A stretch of 64,000 bases of DNA from positions 15,439 to 79,438 of the forward strand of contig CAJUNE010000001.1 of NCBI GenBank assembly GCA_910587745.1. The letters are read 5' to 3'. A model generated the notes under the pieces. It made no database searches. It was given only the letters and a program-made list of their open reading frames with translations, and had not been told where the DNA came from. This stretch comes from an uncultured Bacilli bacterium. Lineage in GTDB: Bacteria > Bacillota_I > Bacilli_A > RF39 > UBA660. This document shows, piece after piece, positions 1-9,752 of this stretch (the stretch's first letter is position 1; the number at the start of each line of letters is the position of its first letter). The position numbers and the translations under genes were made by a program.

Positions 1-1
1 C

Positions 2-1132
2 AAAGACAATGCAAAAGTATTAAATAGTATTAAAGAAACAACTCATAAAATAATGGAAAAATGGGTTAAAAACTTTAATACAGAGTATAAAGATAAAGAA
101 GAGTTATTAGAGGCATATAATAAAGTATCAAATGCTTTAAAAGATATATATGAATTTTATAACGGCTTAGAATATATGTTAGATAAAGATTTATACAGTA
201 GTTATAATAATGAACTAAAAGAATTAAATAGTTCCAAGCACCATTACTTAACTGGAAAAGAATATGAAAACAAAAAAGATGAAGGATATAATATCTATTA
301 TCATTATGGCAGAGTAATAGAAATTGATTGCTATTATAAAGAGGCATCAACATATGTAAATAATTATGTTAAAGATGAAATAAACAAATTAAAAGAAGAA
401 GCGGAGAAATTTATCAAAATAAATGATAATTCTACAAATATTGAAATTTACAATTGTTATGTAGAAGAATTAAAATATTTAAAAGAAAACAAAACAAAAA
501 ATAATATTGATTTAAGTAGTACTGAGGAGTACAAGAAGATATATGAAAATGTCGTATCAAAGATTATTGAGTATACTAAAAAAATCGCCGAAGAAAAAGA
601 AAAGAATAATGAACTTAATGAAGCTATAAAAATAATAGATGATACTCTAAAATTCTTTAAAGCTAACACAGATGAATATAAAGAACTAGAAGAGTTAAAG
701 AAAGAATATGAAGATAAAAAACCTGAGAAATTAACGAATAAATATCGTATATCTAAAAGTTCATCAGTAAGTACATCTTTATGGGGTAAAGAAATAAATG
801 GTATAGATTATGAATTTTATATTAGTTATGCTTTTACAGGCAAAAATGGTGATATAACCTATCGTTTAAATAAAGAGTATAATCGATTAAAAACCAAAAT
901 AATTAGAGAAGAAGATTGGGGAGTAGATTTAGAAGGATATTTTGTTATCACAGGCGATGGAAAAGAGCTTTATAAATCAAGTATTATAACTAAAGATAGT
1001 GAATTTAACCCTGACATTGATATAGATGTTAGTGGAATAGAAGATTTAAAAATTGAGTTTATAACTGAAAGTAAGAAAACAGGACTTAACAATTTTTATA
1101 TTTACTTAGTTGAGCCATATTTATATAAATAG
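2..1132 (+). CDS. hypothetical protein, 5'-partial (frame is open to the window edge); C-terminal NPCBM-like beta-sandwich region
   Basis: No stop upstream of Met at 53 in frame. C-terminal ~100 aa (GIDYEFYISYAFTGKNGDITY...DGKELYKSS...DIDVSGIEDLKIEF) resembles the NPCBM domain pattern, and a similar domain sits at the N-terminus of the 34414 protein. Confidence 0.45.
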   Translation, partial: KDNAKVLNSIKETTHKIMEKWVKNFNTEYKDKEELLEAYNKVSNALKDIYEFYNGLEYMLDKDLYSSYNNELKELNSSKHHYLTGKEYENKKDEGYNIYYHYGRVIEIDCYYKEASTYVNNYVKDEINKLKEEAEKFIKINDNSTNIEIYNCYVEELKYLKENKTKNNIDLSSTEEYKKIYENVVSKIIEYTKKIAEEKEKNNELNEAIKIIDDTLKFFKANTDEYKELEELKKEYEDKKPEKLTNKYRISKSSSVSTSLWGKEINGIDYEFYISYAFTGKNGDITYRLNKEYNRLKTKIIREEDWGVDLEGYFVITGDGKELYKSSIITKDSEFNPDIDIDVSGIEDLKIEFITESKKTGLNNFYIYLVEPYLYK

Positions 1133-1152
1133 GAAAAAGGAGTGTGAGTAAA

Positions 1153-2001
1153 ATGGCCGAAGAAAAAGAAACAAAGAAGACTACTTCTAAGAAAAGTGAG
1201 GAAGTAAAAGTCGAAAAAAGATTTTGCACTAAGTGCGGAAAAGAATTAAAAGGAGAAGAAAAGTGTAGTTGTGAAAATACTACTACAAGTGCAGGTGTAA
1301 CTATCAATTCTGATGCACTATTAAATACTGCTAAGAATAGTTTTAATACTATTACAAATGTATTTAAAAAACCAGACACCACAATTACTGAAGAAATAAA
1401 TAAGAAAGATAATACAATTAGTATAATTTTATTAATTAGTTTAGCAATCAGTTTTGCTTTCTATTTAATGGCAATAGTATCATCCTCTGTAAAAGCAGTA
1501 GCAGATGCAACATACGGATTAACTACGATTGTAACAAATGATATATCATATTTTAAAATATTTATTTATGGAATATTAATATATGCTATTATGGCAGTAA
1601 TTCCAATGTTCGCAGCATTCTTGATTGCCAAAATCACCAAGAATAACAATTTTACATTTAAAAAAGCATTTAAATTATACACAACAAGTAATGCCCCATT
1701 AATATTTGGCTTTTTAGGTTTAGCTATAATAATGTTATTAAATATAAGTTTATTAAATATATTAGGTTTATTAGCGGGTGCTATCATATATGTATTTTGT
1801 TTCTTCAATTTCCTTTTAGGATTTAATAAAGAAACCAATATAAGAGAAGACAGAAGAAGCTGGGCTTTAACAAGTTTAATAGCTGTATGGATAATAATTG
1901 AAATAATTGCTTTATTAGTAATAATTGGTTCTGCTGGCTTAGATGCATATGATAAAGTAAATAATAATCTTCCAAACTACAATGATAATTGGAACTGGTA
2001 A
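1153..2001 (+). CDS. membrane protein with N-terminal Cys-rich zinc-ribbon-like segment
   Basis: CTKCGKELKGEEKCSC, then several hydrophobic helices. RBS AGGAG 11 nt before ATG 1153; the listed GTG 1144 sits too close to the RBS. Confidence 0.4.
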   Translation: MAEEKETKKTTSKKSEEVKVEKRFCTKCGKELKGEEKCSCENTTTSAGVTINSDALLNTAKNSFNTITNVFKKPDTTITEEINKKDNTISIILLISLAISFAFYLMAIVSSSVKAVADATYGLTTIVTNDISYFKIFIYGILIYAIMAVIPMFAAFLIAKITKNNNFTFKKAFKLYTTSNAPLIFGFLGLAIIMLLNISLLNILGLLAGAIIYVFCFFNFLLGFNKETNIREDRRSWALTSLIAVWIIIEIIALLVIIGSAGLDAYDKVNNNLPNYNDNWNW

Positions 2002-2007
2002 CAAACT

Positions 2008-2586
2008 ATGAAGTTATATTTAGCAACATCATCTAAGTTCAGAATTAACATATATAAAAGAATGGGTTTTGAAATAGAAGCAATACCAAGTGATGAAAAA
2101 GAATACTATGAAGATAGAAGCAACCCAATAAAATATGTAGAAGAGTTATCGAAAATAAAAGCACAATCTGTAGCTAAAAAATTAAATTCAGGAATTGTAG
2201 TAGGGACTGACACTATAGTGGTTTTAGATGATGTTATTTTAGAAAAACCAAAAAATATAGAAGCAGCAAAGAATAATATGAGGATTTTGCAAGGAAGAGA
2301 TAACTCGGTTATTTCTGGTATCACAATTATTGATGTAGAAAAAGGTATAACAAAAACAGTTTATGAAATAACAAAAGTAAGTATTGCTAAAATGACTGAA
2401 GAAGAAATAGAATGGTATGCTAATAATGTTTCAAATGTCTTACAATGTGCAGGTTACTCAACTTCTACAGAAGGAGGAAGATTTGTCACTAAAATGGAAG
2501 GAGACTATAACAATGTTCTTGGAGCTCCTGTCCCAAGAGTCTATCAAGAATTAAAACAATTACAATTAATTAATAAAAAATATTAA
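2008..2586 (+). CDS. maf: Maf-like nucleoside triphosphate pyrophosphatase (septum formation protein)
   Basis: LATSSKFR...GTDTIVVLDD...ILEKP; family-typical motifs and length. Confidence 0.8.
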   Translation: MKLYLATSSKFRINIYKRMGFEIEAIPSDEKEYYEDRSNPIKYVEELSKIKAQSVAKKLNSGIVVGTDTIVVLDDVILEKPKNIEAAKNNMRILQGRDNSVISGITIIDVEKGITKTVYEITKVSIAKMTEEEIEWYANNVSNVLQCAGYSTSTEGGRFVTKMEGDYNNVLGAPVPRVYQELKQLQLINKKY

Positions 2587-2663
2587 TCAAGTATATTGTA
2601 TATTTTAAAATTATATGATAAAATAATCAAGTAGATATAAAATATATATCTACTTTCCATACC

Positions 2664-2696
2664 AAGGCTATGTTTATTAAAGTAAACATAGTTTTT
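2664..2696 (+). terminator. Rho-independent terminator after maf
   Basis: Perfect 9-bp stem ctatgttta/taaacatag, 6-nt loop, then TTTTT. A second hairpin (agtagatata...tatatctact) lies just upstream. Confidence 0.55.
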
Positions 2697-2758
2697 ATTT
2701 GCGTTTCTTTAGAAATAAAGGTATAATTATAATGAAAAGGAATAGGTGAATATTCTAA

Positions 2759-3511
2759 ATGAATAAATTATATAGTGTTATCTTAACATTAATAGCGGGG
2801 TTATTTTTCTTATTAGGCGGTTTAATATCTAAAAAATTTAAAAACAAAGAAGTTTTAAATCATTTTAGTATAGCCTTAGCATTTATAATAATGCTTAATT
2901 TAATCTTTACGGACTTAATCCCTGAGACTCTAGAGTTGTTAGAAAAGTATAAAACAAGTAGTAGAATATTTATGATAATATCCTTTATTATTTTAGGAAT
3001 ATTAATTTTAAAAATTTTAGACTTTTTTATTCCCGACCATCATCACGAACATCACGCCGAAGAAAAAAATATTAAAGAACATATTTCTCATGAAAAACAT
3101 ATTGGAACATTAACTGTTATTAGTTTAATATTACATAATGTCTTAGAAGGATTTGCCGTATTTGGATTGTCTCTAAATGATTTTAAATTAGGAATAATGA
3201 TATGTATATCAGTAGCACTCCATAATATACCTCTTGGAACACACATATTTAGTTCATTAAGTTTAAATAAAAACAAAGGATTAATAAGTATACTTACATT
3301 ATCAAGTTTAATAGGTGGAATAATATTCTTAATCGTAGGAGAAATAAGTAATTTATTATTAGCAATCATAACATGTATAACATTAGGAATGTTAATATAT
3401 ATTGAAATATTTGAATTATTACCTGAAATGTTTCATAGTATCAAAAAGAAAGAAACAATCATTGGATTAATAATAGGTTTAATAATTTTAGGCATATCAT
3501 TATTAATATAG
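2759..3511 (+). CDS. ZIP family metal (zinc) transporter, ZupT-like
   Basis: Multi-TM protein with His-rich loop HHHEHHAEE, and HNVLEGFAVFGLS / ALHNIPLG metal-binding helix motifs. Confidence 0.7.
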   Translation: MNKLYSVILTLIAGLFFLLGGLISKKFKNKEVLNHFSIALAFIIMLNLIFTDLIPETLELLEKYKTSSRIFMIISFIILGILILKILDFFIPDHHHEHHAEEKNIKEHISHEKHIGTLTVISLILHNVLEGFAVFGLSLNDFKLGIMICISVALHNIPLGTHIFSSLSLNKNKGLISILTLSSLIGGIIFLIVGEISNLLLAIITCITLGMLIYIEIFELLPEMFHSIKKKETIIGLIIGLIILGISLLI

Positions 3512-3528
3512 CAAAAGGAAGTGAAAAA

Positions 3529-4464
3529 ATGAAAAGAGTTTTAGTCACTGGCGCCGCAGGTGTTATAGGTATCAAAACTATTAAATACCTTTTAAGTGAA
3601 GGAAAATATGAAATAACAGCGCTTGATTTAAGAAACAAAAGTAACTATAAAAAGCTAAAAAAATATCGTCGTCGAATAAATATTATATATGGAGATATTA
3701 ATGATAAAGTTTTAATTGAAGCTTTAGTTAAAGACCAAGATTATATTATTCATTTAGCAAGTGTCTTACCTCCAATCGCTGACATAAAAAAAGGCTTAAG
3801 TGATAACATTGAATATTTAGGCACAGAGAATATAATTAAAGCAATTAATTTTTACAATCCTGAATGCTTTTTAGTATATGCTTCTTCTAGTACTATATAT
3901 GGTGAAAAAGAAAAAGTAAGTATTAAAACCAAAGCTAATTTAACAGAAAATGATTATTATAGTAATACAAAATTAAAAACAGAAGAATTAATTGAAAAAA
4001 GAATAAAAAACTTTACCATTATCCGTTTACCATTAATTTTATGTAATCCCGCGTCTGGAGCTTTTATGTATAATATTAAGAAAAATTTAATAGTGGAAGC
4101 TATAACAGACAATGATGCAGCTTATCTTTTTGCTAATTCTTTAAATAATACAGAAGAGTTAAACAAAAAAGTATGGAATGCTGGAGGTGGCAAACAACTC
4201 ACTGCCAGTTATCGTGAAATTTTAGCAAATGTATTAGAGATATATGGTTTTAGTTTCAAATATTTATTAACCAGAATATTTATTGATAAAAATTTTTATG
4301 TAGGTATATATGAAGATAGTGATAAATTAAATGAAATCATCGATTATCGAAGTGATTCTTTATCGTCATATTATATGCGTTTAAAAAGAACATCTAAAAA
4401 TAGAGTTTTAGCAAGAGTATTTGCTAAACCATTTATATTCTTTTTAAGGAGCAAAGAAAAATGA
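3529..4464 (+). CDS. NAD-dependent epimerase/dehydratase family protein
   Basis: N-terminal Rossmann motif VLVTGAAGVIG, YASSSTIYG; ~310 aa. Confidence 0.65.
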   Translation: MKRVLVTGAAGVIGIKTIKYLLSEGKYEITALDLRNKSNYKKLKKYRRRINIIYGDINDKVLIEALVKDQDYIIHLASVLPPIADIKKGLSDNIEYLGTENIIKAINFYNPECFLVYASSSTIYGEKEKVSIKTKANLTENDYYSNTKLKTEELIEKRIKNFTIIRLPLILCNPASGAFMYNIKKNLIVEAITDNDAAYLFANSLNNTEELNKKVWNAGGGKQLTASYREILANVLEIYGFSFKYLLTRIFIDKNFYVGIYEDSDKLNEIIDYRSDSLSSYYMRLKRTSKNRVLARVFAKPFIFFLRSKEK

Positions 4465-5510
4465 TTGGACTAGCGCTTGAAGGCGGGGGAGTAAGAGGTT
4501 CTTATCAAGCGGGAGTTTATGCAGCAATGCATGAATGTGGCATAAAAATAAATGGTGTATGTGGAACAAGTATAGGTTCATTAAATGCTTCACTTATAGC
4601 AACTGGAAAAGGCGAAACTCTAGCATCTATCTGGCGAAGTCTTAATATGGGTGAAGTCTTTGGCTTTTCTAAACCATTTATAGATGCATCAGTAAATAAA
4701 AAAATAAAGTTAAGTAATGCTGAAGTATTTGCTAAAGAAGCATTTCGGATAATGTTACAAAAAGGAATAGAATTAGAAGGATTAAAACAAGTAATAGATA
4801 AATATTTAGATGTTGATGCATTATTTAATAGTGATATTGATTTTGGACTTGTAACGGTTAGACTTAAAGATTTTAAACCAATATACTTATGGAAAAGTGA
4901 TATGGACAAAGAAAAAATCAAAGATTATGTTATCGCTAGTTCCAGCTTACCATTATTTAAAATGGAACCATTAATTGATAATCATTATTATTTAGATGGT
5001 GGTTTTAGAGATTTAGGCCCAGTTAATATGATGTTAGAAAAAGGTTATGATACAGTTTATTTAGTTAAAATCCATGGTATAGGAATAACTAGAAAATATG
5101 ATAAAACAAAAAATGTTATTGTTATAGAATCTAAAAGAGGATTAGGTGGAGTACTCGATTTAGATCATAATCGTATTGAAGAAAACATTAAAATGGGTTA
5201 TTATGATGCGATAAGAGTAATAAAACATTTAGATGGCGAAAAATATGTCTTTAAAGTTAAAAGTGAAAAGTATTATGAATTTTTAAATCGTAAAGTACCT
5301 AAGAAATTACAAAGAAGAATTAAGAGCTTTTTTAAAGCAAAAAATATTAAAGAAACAACCATAAGAGCTTTCGAATATGTAATGGAACATGAACATATAA
5401 ATTATTATGAAATATATAAGCCAACTAAAATGCTACAAAAGTTAAGAAAGATAAAACACAAAAATCATTTTATATATGATTATATAAGTAAATTAAAGTA
5501 TTTTATTTAA
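4461..5510 (+). CDS. patatin-like phospholipase
   Basis: GGGVRGSYQAGV oxyanion motif and GTSIGS (GxSxG) nucleophile elbow; DGG motif present later. Confidence 0.75.
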   Translation: MIGLALEGGGVRGSYQAGVYAAMHECGIKINGVCGTSIGSLNASLIATGKGETLASIWRSLNMGEVFGFSKPFIDASVNKKIKLSNAEVFAKEAFRIMLQKGIELEGLKQVIDKYLDVDALFNSDIDFGLVTVRLKDFKPIYLWKSDMDKEKIKDYVIASSSLPLFKMEPLIDNHYYLDGGFRDLGPVNMMLEKGYDTVYLVKIHGIGITRKYDKTKNVIVIESKRGLGGVLDLDHNRIEENIKMGYYDAIRVIKHLDGEKYVFKVKSEKYYEFLNRKVPKKLQRRIKSFFKAKNIKETTIRAFEYVMEHEHINYYEIYKPTKMLQKLRKIKHKNHFIYDYISKLKYFI

Positions 5511-5515
5511 AAAGC

Positions 5516-5544
5516 TAGACAAAAATACATTTAAGGAATATAAT
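5516..5544 (+). promoter_or_regulatory. sigma-A-like promoter upstream of yebC
   Basis: TAGACA, 17-nt spacer, TATAAT; about 30 nt upstream of the RBS AAGGAG. Confidence 0.45.
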
Positions 5545-5577
5545 TTAAAAGATAAAAAAACAAAGGAGTGATTTCAG

Positions 5578-6300
5578 ATGGGAAGAGCCTATGAAGTTCG
5601 AAAAGCGAGTATTCAAAAAACAGGAGCTATAAAAGCTAAAACATATTCAACATTTGCGAAAGAAATATATTTAGCAGCCAAAAAAGGTGTACCAGAAATA
5701 GAAAGTAATGTTATATTAAAAAGAATGGTAGAAAAAGCAAAAAAAGCCCAAGTGCCAAGTGACATAATAAATCGTGCTATTGATAAAGCTAAAGGTGTAG
5801 GTGGCGAAGACTATCATGAAGTAGTATACGAAGGTTTTGGTCCAGGTGCATCTACTTTAATAATTAAGACTTTAACAGACAATGTTAATCGTACAGTGGG
5901 AATGGTACGTGCAGCTTTCAATAAAGTAAATAAAAGTTTAGGTGTAAATAATTCAGTATCATATAATTATGATTATTTAGCTATAATAACTTTTAAAACA
6001 GATAAAGAAGAAGAAATATTTGGATGTTTATTAGATGCTGGTATTGAACCAACTGAATTCGAGAATATAGAAGGAGAATTAACTATTAGTTTACATCCTA
6101 ATGATTCTAATAAAGCCAAAGATATTATTGAAAGTATTAATGGGCCCACTGAATATGAATTAGATGAAGTAGGAATGTATGCTAAAGATGAAGTTGAATT
6201 AAATGCTGAAGATTTAGAAGTATTTGATAAATTATATAAACTATTAGATGAAATAGAAGATGTAACAGAAATATACCACAATGTTAAAGGAAGAGATTAG
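5578..6300 (+). CDS. yebC: YebC/PmpR family DNA-binding transcriptional regulator
   Basis: MGRAYEVRKASIQKTGAIKAKTYS... is the canonical YebC N-terminus; ~240 aa. Confidence 0.85.
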   Translation: MGRAYEVRKASIQKTGAIKAKTYSTFAKEIYLAAKKGVPEIESNVILKRMVEKAKKAQVPSDIINRAIDKAKGVGGEDYHEVVYEGFGPGASTLIIKTLTDNVNRTVGMVRAAFNKVNKSLGVNNSVSYNYDYLAIITFKTDKEEEIFGCLLDAGIEPTEFENIEGELTISLHPNDSNKAKDIIESINGPTEYELDEVGMYAKDEVELNAEDLEVFDKLYKLLDEIEDVTEIYHNVKGRD

Positions 6301-6342
6301 TTCTTCTTTTTTCTTTTGTATGTAATTTGAAAACAAAACTAT

Positions 6343-6371
6343 ATGACAATAGCATATATCCGTGTTATAAT
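6343..6371 (+). promoter_or_regulatory. promoter of the PFOR gene (extended -10)
   Basis: aTGACA, 17-nt spacer, TGtTATAAT (TGn extended -10); RBS AGGTGA 7 nt before ATG 6390. Confidence 0.5.
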
Positions 6372-6389
6372 TTTATTAGGTGATAAAAA

Positions 6390-9300
6390 ATGTTAAAAAT
6401 ATGTGATGGTAATAAAGCTTGTAGTGATATAGCTTATTACTTTAGTGAAATATCTTCTATATATCCGATAACTCCTTCTAGTCCCATGGCTTCCAATATA
6501 GATTCATTAAGCAAAGGTAAATTAAATTTATATGGCGATAGTGTTAAAGTAATTGAAATGCAAAGTGAAGCTGGAGCCTCTGGAGCTCTTCATGGTGCTT
6601 TGATAAGTGGATCTTTAACTTCTACTTATACAGCGAGTCAAGGTTTACTATTAATGCTTCCTAATATGTATAAAATTGCAGGGGAAATGTTACCTGGAGT
6701 TATTCATGTTGCTGCAAGAACAATAGCGACCAATGCTTTATCAATTTTTGGTGATCATAGTGATATATATGCTGCTAGACCTACTGGTTTTGCTATGCTT
6801 GCCTCATCAAATGTAGAAGAAGCTCAAAATCTTGCCGCTGTTGCTCATTTATCAGCAATTAAATCAAGTTTACCATTTTTACACTTCTTTGATGGATTTA
6901 GAACAAGTCATGAAGTAAGTAGCATTGAAGAATTAGATGTAACAAAATTAGAAAAACTTATTCCATGGGAAGAATTAGAAAAATTTAAAAATAGAAGCTT
7001 AAACCTTGAAAGTGGCATTCAAAAGGGAATGGCTATGAACGAAGATATTTTCTTCCAAACCCAAGAAGCGCGAAATAAAAATTATAATGAACTACCAGAT
7101 ATAGTAGCAGAGTTTATGAATGAAATAAATAAAATAATGGGAACTACTTATAAACCATTTGAATATTATGGAGCCAAAGATGCTCAAGATATAATTATAG
7201 CTATGGGTAGTGTAACAGATACGATAAAATTAGTAATTGATAAAGAATTAAAACAAAATAAAAAAATAGGTTTAATAATAGTTCATTTATATCGACCATT
7301 TAGTACTAAATATTTATTAGAAGTTTTACCAAAGACAGTTAAAAATATTGCAGTTTTAGATCGTACTAAAGAAGCAGGTTCAAATGGTGAACCATTATAT
7401 TTAGATATCGTAAATGCCTTAAAAGATAAAAATATTAATATTGTCGGAGGAAGATTTGGGTTATCTAGCAAAAATACTACTCCAAGTGATATAAAAAGTG
7501 TTTATACAATGTTAGAAAAAGAATTAAAAAATAATTTTACAATTGGTATTATTGATGATGTAACAAATACCAGTTTACCAAAAGAAGAATATAATATCGA
7601 ATTAGATGCTGATGAATTTTTAGTATATGGCTTTGGTTCAGATGGATGTGTAAGTGCATCTAAGGATGTTTTAAAAATTGCTGGTAAAGAAGGGTACTAT
7701 GTAAATGGGTATTACAGTTATGATTCTAAAAAAAGCGGAGGAGTAACAATTAGTAATTTACGTTTAAGTAAAAGTAAAATTAATGCTCCATACTATGTAA
7801 CTAATCCTAAGTTAATTGTTGTTACAAAAGAAGAATACTTTAAAAAGTTTGAAATGTTAAATAATATTAAAGAACAAGGTATTTTAATTATAAATACAAG
7901 TAAGAATGAAAAAGAATTAAATGAATTTTTAACTAATAAAGACAAAAAAATATTAAAGAATAGAAATATTCAAGTTTATACAATTGATGCAGGAGAAATA
8001 GCAAGTAGTACAGGAATTAAAGGTAAAATTAGCAAAATAATTGAAATGCTAATATTAGATAAATTAAATATAAATAATGCTGAAGAAATATTAATTGAAA
8101 GCATCAAAAAAGCTTTTAAAACCAAAGGTGAAAACATAATCAAAAGTAATATAGAAGCTGTAAAACTTGCTAAAAGTAATCTCAAGCTTGTAAATATAGA
8201 TAGCGATATTGATAGAGCAACAGAAGAAAATTTAGATGTTATAAGTATGATAAACAAAAGATTAGGAGATAATTTGACGGTTAAGGAAGTAAGTACATTT
8301 AAAGATGGAACATTCCCAAATGGTTTAAGTAAATATGAAAAAAGACATGCTAATATGGTTGCACCTAAATGGATTCCTGAAAATTGTACTGAATGTGGTA
8401 AATGTAGTTTTGTGTGTCCTCATGCTGTTATAAGAGCCTTTTTAAACAAAGAAAATCGAGGAATACCTTATTTAATAAATAAAGAATATAATTATGAGAT
8501 ATTAGTAAGTGAAGTAGATTGTACAGAGTGTGGATTATGTATTAATGAATGTCCTGGAAAAAATGGCAAGAAAGCTTTAGAATTTGGTCCAGTTTCAGAA
8601 GAAAAACAACAAGAAGCAACAAAATATTTTGATAAATATGAAAATCCCGAAAACTTTAATAAATTTACTATCCCAGGTGCTAGTTTATGCAAACCAAGAT
8701 TTGAATTTAGTGGAGCATGTGCTGGATGTGGAGAAACACCATATATCAATTTAATTACTAGACTTTATGGTGATGAATTAGTTATAGCAAACGCTACAGG
8801 TTGTTCGAGTATTTATGGTGGTTCAGCTCCAAGTACCCCTTATACCATTCCATGGGCAAACTCATTATTTGAAGATAATGCTGAATTTGCTTTAGGGATG
8901 CATACGTCATATACATCAAAACGCAATTTAATTAAGAAAATAATGTTAGAAGAAATAAACAATGTAAGTGAAGAGATTAAGGACGAATTTAATTTATACA
9001 TTGGTAATATGAATAATTATGAAGTTACAAAAGAAGTAAAAGATAAACTTAGTATTATGGATATTCCAAAGAAATTAAAAAGTTTATTAAATTATATACC
9101 AGCTAGAACAGTTTTAGCTATCGGTGGCGATGGTTGGGCTTATGACATAGGTTTTGGTGGTTTAGATCATGTCTTATCAACTAATGAGAATATTAAAGTT
9201 TTAGTGTTAGATACTGAGGTGTATTCTAATACAGGAGGACAATCTAGTAAATCAAGTAAAATGGGCCAAGTATGTGAATTCGCTGATTTTGGCAAAAAAA

Positions 9301-9752
9301 CAGTTAAAAAAGACTTATTTAGAATTGCAATGTCTTATCCAAATTGTTATGTAGCAAGCATCTCATTAGGGGCTAATATGATGCATAGTCTAAAAGTAAT
9401 GAAGGAAGCTATGGAACATGAGGGACCTGCTATAATACTCGCTTATTCACCATGTATAGAGCATGGAATTAAAACTGGGATGTCTCATTCAATTGAAGAA
9501 GAGAAATTAGCCAGTGAAGTAGGATATACTTTATTAATGAGATACAATCCTAAAGAGGAAAAATTATATATGGATAACAAAGTTCCTAATTTTGATAATT
9601 ATGAAAAATTCTTAGATAATGAAACAAGATATAATGCATTGAAAATCAAAGATAAAGAACTAGCAAATGTATTATTAGAAAGTCAAATAGAGAATGCCAA
9701 GAAAAGGTATAATTACTACAAAAAACTAAGCGAAGAAAAATCAGAAAGTTAA
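6390..9752 (+). CDS. nifJ: pyruvate:ferredoxin (flavodoxin) oxidoreductase
   Basis: 1120 aa. Two 4Fe-4S ferredoxin CxxCxxCxxxCP motifs (CTECGKCSFVCP, CTECGLCINECP), a TPP-binding GDGW region, and the overall PFOR domain order. Confidence 0.9.
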   Translation: MLKICDGNKACSDIAYYFSEISSIYPITPSSPMASNIDSLSKGKLNLYGDSVKVIEMQSEAGASGALHGALISGSLTSTYTASQGLLLMLPNMYKIAGEMLPGVIHVAARTIATNALSIFGDHSDIYAARPTGFAMLASSNVEEAQNLAAVAHLSAIKSSLPFLHFFDGFRTSHEVSSIEELDVTKLEKLIPWEELEKFKNRSLNLESGIQKGMAMNEDIFFQTQEARNKNYNELPDIVAEFMNEINKIMGTTYKPFEYYGAKDAQDIIIAMGSVTDTIKLVIDKELKQNKKIGLIIVHLYRPFSTKYLLEVLPKTVKNIAVLDRTKEAGSNGEPLYLDIVNALKDKNINIVGGRFGLSSKNTTPSDIKSVYTMLEKELKNNFTIGIIDDVTNTSLPKEEYNIELDADEFLVYGFGSDGCVSASKDVLKIAGKEGYYVNGYYSYDSKKSGGVTISNLRLSKSKINAPYYVTNPKLIVVTKEEYFKKFEMLNNIKEQGILIINTSKNEKELNEFLTNKDKKILKNRNIQVYTIDAGEIASSTGIKGKISKIIEMLILDKLNINNAEEILIESIKKAFKTKGENIIKSNIEAVKLAKSNLKLVNIDSDIDRATEENLDVISMINKRLGDNLTVKEVSTFKDGTFPNGLSKYEKRHANMVAPKWIPENCTECGKCSFVCPHAVIRAFLNKENRGIPYLINKEYNYEILVSEVDCTECGLCINECPGKNGKKALEFGPVSEEKQQEATKYFDKYENPENFNKFTIPGASLCKPRFEFSGACAGCGETPYINLITRLYGDELVIANATGCSSIYGGSAPSTPYTIPWANSLFEDNAEFALGMHTSYTSKRNLIKKIMLEEINNVSEEIKDEFNLYIGNMNNYEVTKEVKDKLSIMDIPKKLKSLLNYIPARTVLAIGGDGWAYDIGFGGLDHVLSTNENIKVLVLDTEVYSNTGGQSSKSSKMGQVCEFADFGKKTVKKDLFRIAMSYPNCYVASISLGANMMHSLKVMKEAMEHEGPAIILAYSPCIEHGIKTGMSHSIEEEKLASEVGYTLLMRYNPKEEKLYMDNKVPNFDNYEKFLDNETRYNALKIKDKELANVLLESQIENAKKRYNYYKKLSEEKSES

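Noticed and set aside
75-353. Numerous 60-160-aa antisense or alternate-frame ORFs inside long genes (e.g. 75-353, 457-669, 4517-4921, 5973-6281, 15719-16210, 17386-17730)
   Set aside because: They are fully embedded in well-supported genes on the other strand or frame, lack an RBS, and have AT-rich codon-shadow composition.
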